Assembly (NCBI RefSeq): GCF_003704095.1
Contig: NW_020846229.1
Location: forward strand, 124,001-188,000
Direction: 5' to 3'
DNA from: Pocillopora damicornis
Taxonomy: Eukaryota
Length of the DNA stretch: 64,000 bases
This document shows positions 1 to 12,300 of this stretch, one piece after another; position 1 is the first letter of the stretch; each line of letters opens with the position of its first letter. The notes below the pieces were generated by a model. That model was not told the origin of the DNA. It searched no databases and saw nothing but the letters and a program-made list of their open reading frames with translations. The position numbers and the translations under genes are program-made.

Positions 1-330
1 CAAAGCAGAATGTCACAAACTCAACAAAAGTTATGTACGTTAGAACATCTCTGAAATGTTATACTGGTAAAAAAATACTAATCGGAATACAGCAATGTAT
101 GTTTTTACAGAGTACAAGAATTTCATCAACTTCTACGAAATATTTCACAAATAACAAAACATTTTTATGACTTCATAAAAAACTTGATGGTTAGAAAAAT
201 AGCCATAAGGCGTAGCAGACATTTCATGAGGATCAATAACAGAAAAGTATAGACTTCAAAATTCAGCTTTCCACAAAGGGATTTTTCACCATATCGGTCC
301 GTTGACTGGTCGTCACATAAGCTTATGTGC

Positions 331-3300
331 TCATCGATTCTTCTGAACCTTCGGGGGAACTGGTGGCGACCCTTTTACCTTTAAAATCGTGGACGTGCGC
401 GGCGGAAGGGCTGGAGACTAGAAAAGAAGGTAGGACATAGCAATTACAAGTGATCACTGGAAACACTACACGACGAGATTAGCGTAAACAAGTAAACCAA
501 TTAATGTAAACAAGTACGAAACGTATTTCATCGCAGTCGGCAACTGCTTTAGTCCTTGGCGTAAAAGAACCACTCAATGTTTAAAGGGTGGTGCTCTCTC
601 GCGGCTGCTGCATAAGGTCCCCAGGTTCAGACGAATAAGTTAAAATCAGAATAAAATATTTAAATTTGTTAAAACAATGATGATGATGATGACAGAGATG
701 ATGCTGAACAGAACAAAATCGTCTGGATTAAACAGACAACTGCGAATAATGATTGTAGATCTATGAAAAAAATAATATACTTGAACTGCGGTAAAGAAAC
801 GAATACAAGAGATCCTCGCAACTATAAACATTACTGAACTAGTAGTTGAGATAAGACCTGAAAAAAGAAATCTGCGAGTTTGTTCTTTGGAAATTTGTCG
901 CTCTTTGTAACGTGAAAGTACTTCGAACCATCCAGCACTTCAACAAAATGGGTCAACTCCCCCTTTGTTCTTAGAGGACAATCTCTTACTGGCTGGGCAG
1001 CCTAAGACACTACAGAAGGATTCCATATCGTACAACGCTCGGCAGCGAAATCGGTGCGAGACTATTTACGTTGTCTTGCAAGAAACAAATCATCCTTTGG
1101 CTTACACAAATTTACTTCTGGGCACTACACATAGAAAACTTCTGATTAGATACGGACCGAACAAGTAGCTGATTGACATCTGTCAGTGATTACCTGCTCT
1201 GCCTGCTCAGTACCATCAGATCCACTGGATTCAGTGCTGGAGCGCTGATGCACGTCAGCAGACTTCTTCCGCATAATAGTTTTCTGTGGCAGTTCCGGAG
1301 CCGGTTGGTGTGCCTGTGGAGATGGTCGAGGGGGTTTGGGTGGAGCGATTTCTGACAAAGGACTTGCTGTGTTCTTAAACTGGAATAGAAGAAATTTGTT
1401 TTCATCACTCAGTCAAGAATTGCTTGAAGCCTTAATTAGATTGATCACATTCACATACACACTGTTTTTAATGTAATATAAAGGGTTTGAAAGTACGTTA
1501 GAAGTACTACTAAGATAGCCGGTATAACGGGAACGACCTACCAATAGATCCGCACAAGAAGATTCACAAACGTTGGAAACAGTTTGCGTGAGAAACAATA
1601 ATTCACGAAGTTACTGATTAGAACAACGTTCATGTGGAAAGAAAAGAAAACTCTCTGAAAGTCATGTATAACGTACTATCAAGAAACACTGGAAACCTTT
1701 TCTGCTGTTTTATAGACACAAAATTATGGCAAAATAACATGAACTTGTTTTTTAACATCCATGCAGTAGACCGAGTCCTATTTTAAGTGAAATTCTTGCA
1801 TAGCATTTTAACTTGTGTTGTTCTCCAGTCCCGAATTTAAGTCTTGCACAGACTCCCTTCAACAGGTGTCAACCACTACCGGCACCATACAAAAGACTCA
1901 TTCACGATATTACCATTAAAAACGAACCGAACAGAACGACCTAACTTCACTAACGGATCGAGACCGACCAATCACGACCGACCTACGCCACTCGTGTCTT
2001 ACAGCCAATTACATCACGGCAAAACTGACCAATCAGTTTATACAAACCGGACTTAGAACGTTCGACTAACAACAACTATTCACTTGACTCTGATGATGAC
2101 TTCCGCTCAGATTGTCGAAACGTCAGTCACCACTACCGACAACAGTCCAGGACTGCACTCACCCGAACGATCAAACTACAGTATTGCATGCTACTTATAT
2201 TCTTTTTGTTTCTACAAGCATTCCCCTTATGCATATTTACCCCATCTTCAGTGTGCGAAAAGACTTCCACTGTTTTTCTCCTCTGTGGACGGCCCGCCGG
2301 ACTGGACATAGTCAACGACTTCACCGGAAGTGGAGGAGGATTGTTTGCACTGCTTCCTCCGCCCGTAGAAACGATAGAGCTGAAAGAATTTGAGGAAACC
2401 CAAATAATAATCTCTTGACAACTATTCACCGAGGTGGAGAGGGCAAGTGGTTGATATTTACCACTGTCACTGAGGTAAATAGCTGTCTTAGTTTATACTT
2501 AATAGTGAGATAATATCGCACAAAAGAATGATTTTAGCTTATTCAATCCTGCAACGATTACAAAATCCCACGTGCGTTGCTCGGAGGTGAATAACAAAGG
2601 ATATTCGGAATTTGAGTTGCCAATCAGAGCACACCTTCAACGCTATCCATTGCTTTAGTTTACACTGATAGTAACTATGTTTAGTTACTCTCCACAAATC
2701 TGAATTCATATGGGAAATTCTTGTGATGAAATATCATGGTGTCTACGTTTCTAGGACTGAACCCACACCGTTAGACAAACATTAATTGTCGGAAAATGCG
2801 AAAAATCTCAAGCTATAACTTACCAAATACCAACAAAAGTCTACATATGTGTTTTGATCACCCATTTCCCATTTCTGGGTTATTGTTTTAGGTTTGAACA
2901 TTAAACAGGAGTGGAGGAGAGGAAAGGAGAGAGAGAAAAGCAAGGAGAGAAATTTGCCTTAAACTTTGGACACACAGGTTGCACTCTGGATCCCGAGGGG
3001 CATTTTGAAGCTTGCGCCTAACGAACGATACACTACGTATGAATAAAGGGGGTAAGTTCCTAAAGAAACTGTGGTCCTGCGTCGGTGGGAGAGTATAGTA
3101 GGTAATTTAGTGTTAACAACTGAGTTGAAAACGTAAATTGGCCACCGTGAAGAGTAAAAAGGCTGACGTTTCGAGCGTTAGACGACGCTCTGACTTCGCT
3201 CTGAGGAAGGGCTAACGCTCGAAACGTCGGCTTTTTTACTCTCTACGGTGGCCAATTTACGTTTTCACCTCAATTGTTAACACTAAATTACCTGCGATAC

Positions 3301-6300
3301 ACGACGTACTATACCCCCAGATTACAATTACAAGAAAATCTAGGCAACTAAGCGCAGTTAAAGTACGATTGGATTCGAAGGAGACCAAACTTACTCTGTC
3401 CATCCGCTATACGACTGGTGCATCTGATCCAGGCTGTCTCGGCCAGATATAATAGGCTTGCCCTCTCGTGACTTTCGAACAACTGTCATCGATCGGTCTC
3501 CAAAGGGAGAGGCGTCTGGTGTCTTTGGGTTACTGGAGATGCTTGCGCGAGCCTGTGCAAAGAAAATACGATACAGTCATTAGTGACTAAGTAGTACGTA
3601 CAGGCGGGAAAATATTTGACTCAAGGTCATGAAGTACGGATCGAGCGCAACAAGGTCCGTGCGTCATCACCGAGAGTCAACTATTTTTCCGCCGTCCAAA
3701 CCTAACTCAGTCAAAAAGCTTTTTGTCATGTGACCGTCGCTCTTTCTTTTTCTCGTTTCTTTCATCATCTCGCATCTCGCAGAGCTTTACGGCATTTTCC
3801 GGCCCAATTCACACCCAATTCACGTGCCATGGGGTACAGCCCTCATACTGTACGGGGATCTTTGTCTGACGATTCACAATAAAAGCGCGCGCAGGGCCAC
3901 ATGGGTCATATATTAATATTGCATTAGTCCTAACTTGTTTCAGTCTCTACGTCAGTTCTTCAGTCATTTTCAGCATTGCAGGATGGCTAATCTAGGATAG
4001 AAATTGAAGAAAGACGTGCAACAGATCTTTTTTTTCGCCTGTACTCACCTTTTTAAAGGGCGCTGTCTTAACCTTCATTTCCTTAAAACGTTTCTCGAGG
4101 TTTTCATGGAAAGGTTTTAGATCAGCTGAAACACGACTTCCGTGTAGTACCATTCCTTCCTCCAAAATTTCCACCTATATATCAATCAAATCACGTCACT
4201 GCTACATTAAAACCCGTATTTCATCGGGATAGCAAACATACACAATGTTTACTATTATGGTGTGCTACAAATATGAACTGCACCTTACGTATTCTCTTTA
4301 CCCCAATTGAATGGAATTATTAATCAATTTTATATCGAGTTTAATCTCAAGCTCTCACCTGATCAACTATCAATTCTTTAAGTTTCTCAACGTACGGTGC
4401 GTAATCAGGGTTCTGTTTGATATATTCAGGAGTAAGAAATGCCTGAAATGAATCAAGAAACAAGAACATAATAAGTACACACCTCTTAACCAATAAATTT
4501 GTGTGTAAACCTCCTTTCGCATGTCAACACTGAGCCTTAACAATTTTTCTCAACACAAATGGCCGTTTGTAATCAGGGGTTATAATCTCAGCGCGTAAAT
4601 AAGCTATTCTACCCTTTCGGCTTAATAAAACCGGAAGAGAAGCACCAACGTAAAAGATTAGCTAGTCGCTGGGTATGTAGAGAGGCTAACAGGTCAATAT
4701 GTCCGACCTTTTCATAATTACTGACTCCTCCCATAACAGCTGCATCAATAATTCCTCCAAGTTTCATACTCAAGGGATTGATGTTCAGATTTGGGTCCAC
4801 GTTGTGACGACCAATTAGAGCTCGAAGCTGCTTGTTAGCAGATTCCATTGTCTCCAGAGCATTCTGAACAGGACTCAGTTCCTCCTACATTAAAACGAAC
4901 AAAAATAAAAATGGTTATCACTCCTTCCAATAAAATAACCTCGCTTAGTTACTCAGGCTATCGCAAGTGTTAAAAAGTGACGTAGATTCCGAGGAAGATC
5001 TTAGTCGTTTAAACTTGAATTTGACAATGTTTTTAGATCACTTCCCGTCGATTTTGACTGAGGAGAACATTGTCCCACGAGCGACCGCATTGCACTTTGG
5101 CAGTGGGAGTGTAGATGATTGCAAGACTGATCAAAAGACATGGGCGACAAATGACACATACCATGACATGAAACACAATGAAGAACACAAACTAAATTAA
5201 CACAGCGACATAATATTATTCATAAACTCGAAATTCATGCATGCATTGCAGGCCAACACTCACTCACTCGCTTACTCTTAGCCGACGGCAATATGGTTAG
5301 TGTACTTTCAGTGCATTACAAAATAGTACTTCCCTCCCAAATGAAGCACGCACAATATCAAAATTAATCAAAACCAGCCAAAAACGAACAAGTTTTTACT
5401 ATGTGAGAACAACACATGAAAAAAAAATCAACAGACCGTCTCAATAGAAGTTGCCTCGAACCAACACAATATACCAGGAAACGTGAACTTGGTATAAATG
5501 GTCGTTCTCTCCAGCCACAGCGTCTGCAAAAGGAAACATATCAGTTCTCCGCATCCGCTTAGTTAGCAAAAAAAATCAATAGCCTACTGTGGTCTTCTTT
5601 CTGAGTTTGTTTCATGACTAAGAAAGAAAACTTTCCTCTGCGATCTTAACGTCCCAACCGCACAAGTAGAACAAAGAGAAAATTGAAGTCCCCACGCGAA
5701 TTCGTAAATCAAACCAGTCTGATTTCACAGTCTCATATGGTTCAACTAAGATATATCAAGGAGGTAAGTTCCAAATAAAACTGTGGTGTTGCTTCGGTGG
5801 GAAGCATTAAAAGATGCTTTGGTTTATAGGATGAGTTAAGTCACTGTAAAGAGTTTCTGAAGCTGTTGTTTCGAGCGTCAACCCTTGTCCACTGAAAAAA
5901 GGCTAAGCGTCACCTTTAGAACCTCGTTACAAAGGCCACTTTGCTTTATCAACTCATTTACTAAAACCAAATTATCTGTTAAGATGAAGCGTAGCTCGTC
6001 AAAGCATCCGACCAAAAGGAGGCTCACCGAGAATTCGTTGTCCTTGTTAACCTGTCCCTTATGTACTCCTCTGGAGAACTGAAAATGGTTCACATTGTTC
6101 ACCTCGTAGAATCTGAAGGAAAGTGACAGGGTTGATTTTAGCGAAACAGAAGACACATCGGAAAAGACTGAGAGAGGAAAGTTGACTTAAATTTACTTAG
6201 TTATCTGCTCCAAAATGTTCTTTCTCCGAAATTTCCGCTTCTCCACTGGTACTGGGTCTACTTTGTTGATTTGGAGATCTGTTAACGTCAAGGATAACAC

Positions 6301-9300
6301 TAAGAACAAGAGTCCACGTCAAATCAAAGGGAAGATAATGGGGGTTAGAGCTGGCGACGAGTTACTAGTTCACTAGTGCACGTACTTTTAATAGAAACTG
6401 AACAGGTTTGAAATACTGAAGCCTACACCACTATTTAAGATAGACCGCCTTTTTTTTCACGTGGACCATCCGAGTAGAAATCCGTGTTACTCTTCTCCAA
6501 ATTCGGCCATCAGTTCCCTTGCTAGCTTTTTCCTGTGTTTATTTTGATTATTTTCACATTTTTCAATCGTTATTGCCCGATATTTCCGATATCTTTGGAA
6601 AGTCATTCGCTAGCCACGTGGGAAAATAGATCATTCTTTTCTTCAAGTCAAACTGCTAGTATAAAGGATACACTGTTGGCTGGAATGCTTAATTTCATTG
6701 GTAATGACATCCTTCATTTTGAGAATCTGCCATAAACGAAAAAAAACTTTGATTAATTTACCAAGTCAAATATTACTGAGCAGATGTGCCAAAGAAAGAA
6801 AGAAAGAAATAACTGTTCACATCTGAGGTATACCCCTCTCACATGTAGAAAATACTCTTGCGAATTCAGAAGAAAAGGCTTGAGACTAAGACATGCATCA
6901 ACCCTCTGAGATCCTCTCCAACCAACCTTTAAATTGTACTCTGACTAAGGACGAGTAAATATGGCTGATTAACAATATCACTCCTTTACTTAGGAGTGAT
7001 ATCTGTGTAATTTTGCATCTTACTTGTGGCGACCGAAGTTAAGGGGCATTAAAAATTACAAAAAGTATGTCCAAAAGCCAACTGAATCATCAATTTGAGT
7101 TGGACAGATGTACACTGTTTGTTGCCATACCTGAGCACTGGGGTACTGACTCTGAATTCGAACGACAAACTCGCCGATTTTCTCGTACTCCTTGCCACGA
7201 TACACGAACACTTTGTTCTGAAGGAAAAAAAGCCGAAAAAAAGTGTTATGCTATATTATTATTTTTTAAGTCTTGAATAAAATTCTTTGCCCTTTATCAA
7301 CTTATAAATGCACACAAACAAAAAATAAACATACAAAAATACTAAATTGCTTTCGATAAATGTTGGATTCATTCCTCAGAAATGTAAATGAAGAACACAG
7401 TTCAACAAAATAAATAATCAAAGTTGTATTGAAATCCCATTTTGTTGAAATTCTGTTTCTTAAGATACCCCCTGCAACTCGTTGACCGTTGCACTCAAAA
7501 CTATCCAATGAACGATTAAAACCAGCATAAGGAGCAATTCCCTCTCTATAATCACTCACACACCAACATAACGAAATTGCAAGCTAGTACAAGTTATTAA
7601 ATTGAACAGTTGCAGTACTTACCCTTAGGAATGTCGGGAAACCAAGACCATAAAAGGCAACCTTGAAGTATTCTGGATCCCCACGGACGACCTTGATGAT
7701 GTTATCGTAAAACTTGGCTTGTTTAATCTACAAATATAACATGAAAGCGATAAAAAATAAAGAGAAAATCAAGAAAAAACCAAGATGGCAAGAGACAAGG
7801 GGTAACGTGGCGGGAAAAAAGAGAAGGGGTTAAAGAGGCTACCAGGTTTAAAAGGGAAACAAAGAGGAAATCAGGAACAAAATGGTGACAAAATATTGGT
7901 TAAATGAGTGTCATGAGGATCAATGCAGGAAACACTTAGCAAACAATAAGGATAATCTTACTGCAACACTTTACATCGAAAAAGATCCATCAATTAAGAA
8001 CAGTTAATAAAGTATGAAGCACATTAATCACAACTCGTACCAAACTATGTTTTACACAAATTCCAAATACGATTTTAGTGACCCATGTATATGCTACAAC
8101 ATAGAATATAAAAACTAGAAATCTTTGGGACACTTCTCTAAAACACTCGTATTTCCTTATGCACTCCCCTTAACTCAGACTAAATAGTCAACTTCTTTTC
8201 ACACTTCCCCCTCTTCCTTCAAGGAATAATGTTAGTCCTACTGTGCACGACATTGGAAAAGTCAGTGTCAAAAGTAAATTAAGATTACATCAGTTATTTT
8301 GCCTCACTTTGACCAATAATTAGTCTAAGAAGCTCGAGAAACCTTCAACCAGGTAAAAAGCTTATATGCAAATTGGATGCACGAGCTATTCCACGAGTGG
8401 GCCGTGTATCTGAGTTCTGATTAGCTCATTTAACAATAGTTTTTTTCTAATTGGCTGTGGAGATCATTTGGCTTCGCTTTTTTGACATGTAATTTAAAAG
8501 CGTCATATCCTAGAAAACAATACACTGATGGGGTTGGAGGGGATTACACATTATAAAAATGAAGGTGGCCTCAACATTTCGAAATTGTGTCAAGAAGACG
8601 TTGAATAAGAGTAAACAAAATACGTATAGGGAATGAGTGACGCAATTCCTTTTTTTTTTCTCGAATACAAGGACGTGCATATCTTACCAAGATCTGGCTG
8701 AGTTGAATGAAATCAAACGTCTGCTCCTCGTACAGGATAGCAATTTCTTTGCACAGTTTAATGGCATACTCCCAGCACTGTGAATACAAGAAGCAACACA
8801 GTCTCGTGTCAACATGAGTCTTTTTATGAAACCCCTGCTCGTGATATAATAGATAACTATAGCTGCTTTCGAAACAAGAATCACCTAACCTCTGTGAGGG
8901 TCAACGGAGTTCTAAGTCATGAGCAGAGAGCTCAGAATCTTAGCCGAGTCTCTCTTGCTTTAATCAGTCCAGTGTGCAGCTACAAGGGTTAGTCTGATCC
9001 ACAAAAGAAGCCTCTTCCTAAGTCCTAATATCAACAATGACAGCGCTAGAAACAAACGGTGGTGTGACGTTCTGTAGCGCTCTGCGTAGGGTTCAGAAAA
9101 GTGCAGGTGAGTTTACCTTTCCTTTGTCAAAGTAATCAATGATATCCCTGTACAGCATTTCCTTTAGTTGCAGCTGAGTAGTGGCTCGGTATTTTCCTTG
9201 GCTCGTAAAAACTGGCTCGTCAGTGAACTACGAGAAGAAAAGGAACACAACAAAAGGTGGAAAACAATCTTTACACAAGTTTTTTTTTTTAAGCGTAGGT

Positions 9301-12300
9301 GTGCAACAGCTGAAATTGATGTTGAGTGTATTGTTAACCATTTCCCTCTCTCCTGAAGCTACGTAATCCAAAAAGAATTTCTGAGATCCCGAGTGAGGAG
9401 CATGTCATCATTTAGATCGTTACTAACCTTCAAGTCATCGGCTCTTCTAAGAAGCGTGAAGGCAGCTTCAGTGTAATTCTCAATACTGAGGTGAAGTTCA
9501 CACAGTTTGTACACATACCTAGTTAAAGGTTAGAATCCACAAAAAAACGGTTTTTGCCTCCATGAAATGTATTGAATAACTAGCAAGTGAAATTTGAGAC
9601 GGTATGTGGCAGTGTAAATATTACTAGAATAGGCCGATGCTGCATCTTATTGCAGTTTTCTCTAGCCTTCTGTATGAAGTACATCCACGATACTTTTTGA
9701 TGCAAGACCAACCGACAAATTCCTTCCAACGCCACCAATCAAAAACCTTTTTATCATTTCTTGCCTTTTGTTATTTAGGAGGATGGATGGATTGGACGAT
9801 ATGAGGTTACATCACACTACGATCTCCTAGCTTTCATAGCTGCCTGTGTTTTAAGAGTTTAAAGCAACGGAGCCGCAAACGAATGGGAAAGACCTAGAAA
9901 CTCCGCTTATCATTTCCGTGGCTCTGTGGGCTTCATTACGTTTTTTCCGCGATAAGAGGCAAGTCAGAGCGTCGTACTCGCAGAAAAGGACTGGAAACTG
10001 GAAGATCGAATTCTACTCCTTCTTTATTTCCCGATTTTCGGACTCAATCACCCCCACTGCGATCATTGAAACTCAATTCTCGCGTCCAAAAACACCGCAA
10101 TAAAAATAATGTATCGGCGCCCTCGCGTCCTATGATAAATAACTCAATTTTTTTTTTATTGAGTAACCAAAAGATTGCCAGCTACACAGGCTAATTATCT
10201 GAGATTGAACAGCGGCAAAATGTTTTCACTTACCGATCGTACATTTCTTCCTTCTTAATCTCTTTATAGAAGTTCTGTAATTTAAAACAAGAATCTTAAT
10301 CACAAAAAGCAAGGCTGTTGACGATGTGTCTACACGGAAAAAAGGTATTTCCATGAACGTTTTAACTGTCGATAAATATGCCCCTCAATTAGCATACGCC
10401 TAAAAAAAGTAGCCAGAATGTGGGTGTTGCAATTTCGTAAACGCTTTTTTAATTCTTCAGATCTACCAGCTTTTTAATAGTGCGGTATCCCATCCCAATC
10501 ACCTTCAGTTTGAGGATAGCCTGCGAAAATTAAATTTATGCTGAAGAAGGCCACATTGAAGCGTTTTGCCGCTTACCAGTACATTAACAGTGCAACTCAT
10601 CCGGTTATCAATATTGTCATCCCCGAGTACGACAGTCCTGTAGTCCAGCAGCCTCTCCATAAGTTTGGTAACCAAGCCGACAAACCTAATCCCATCTTCT
10701 TTTCGCTGTGACGGAAGTTCGCTGAAGAGGTTGGACAAGCTAGAGAAGAGTTGGGTGAAAAAACCTTTTGAACGTTTCTATCCCAAAACATCACTAAAAG
10801 ATCCTCGCACATAACTAATATCAATCACTTTGCGAGGAGTGAGACAATCCAGCAAATATAGTTTCCTCTCAATTCTGAACAGATTTCGTCAGTTACAAGG
10901 AGAGAATTTGGGCAAATCTTTTCACAAAAATTTCCATTAAGTGTGAACCATACGAATTTTATGAAGTGAGAGAGCGCACTCGAGCCAAGTATCCCACAAC
11001 AGCAGGGCTAATCCTGTTATCTGGAATATGAACCGACTAGAAGATGGCTGGTCCATTGAAAGTTATCTTATAGTATTTTCAAGTAACTGACAAGTTTTTG
11101 GTGCCCAGGTATATTCCTGACAAGTTTTTGGTGCCCAGATATATTTCTGACAATTTTTTGGCGCCCAGGTATACTCCTGAGAAGAAAGAGACTCAGGGAC
11201 GGTAAAACGATTTGCACTAAAGAACACGTTACAACTATCCTGCCCGGGACTCGATCATGGAAGTCCTGGAAACTAACTACCTGGCCACATCTCCATATAG
11301 GGCAACTGGAGTGGATGCTTTGATGAGCATCGGCTGGGACAAAATAATTACTCTTTACATCTAAATCAGTTATTTCTGAAGCACTCCACTTACATCTCAT
11401 AAAACAGTTCCTTGTACTGTGTGTCCCCTTTTCCACCTTCAACGAGCACGTCCAACTTGCCGATCATTTCACTTTCAACCTTTCGAAAGCAATCAAAAAG
11501 CCATTACATAAGTGTAAGAATACAAAGCCAGGGGTTTCAACGAAAGCTAGTTACCGGCTGTCAACTGCTGTCTGTTGAGCCCACGAGCGCGCTCTCGTGT
11601 TTGGGTCAGCCGTCTATTGCACCACTGGCAGCTACTCTTGGAAAATGTTATTGAAAACCCTGAAAAGCTAATCCTTATAACGGTACTTACTGACATGAAG
11701 TTTCCTTTCGCAGCGTACTCGCACTGGATCATGTCAAAAAAGATGGGAATTGTGGCTCGTCGCAGCTCTGAAAAAAATTGTAAATGTACAGTACGGTACG
11801 AATTACCACTCCTAAATAAATTCAATTCAAGCTCTGAAAGGGAGGAAAGAGAACATGGGAAAATAGAGAAGCGTTTCTAAGAGGAAGGGTAAAAGGCTGT
11901 AATGACACTTGATAGTCTTCCTCGATAATCTTTCCGACGGAGTGTACATGGAAATATTTTTCCTCTTTATATTTGAAATGTCCCCTCTTTTGCTTTTTTT
12001 TTAATAGAAATTTGTCATCACAAAAGAGTCGAGGACGAAATTATCTACCGAGAGGCACTTGACAAGAGCACTCGCCAAAGCAAACTCTCCTTCACGTTAG
12101 GTCGTGGCTGGAGTGAAGGGCGAGCGATTTTTCCTCGGAAAAAAAAGCTATAGTACTAGGGCTGAGGCAAACGGAGACACAAGCTAATTAACCCTTTCAC
12201 TCCCAAGATCTAATTAGTAATTCTCCTTACTATCTGCCATACAATCCTTATGATGTTAGTTCAGAGAATTTGGTATTGGATCCCCTAATAATCCCATAAT

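Noticed and set aside
11068-11442. 124-aa ORF with a peptide repeat
   Set aside because: Overlaps a DOCK exon out of frame and a 30-bp minisatellite.
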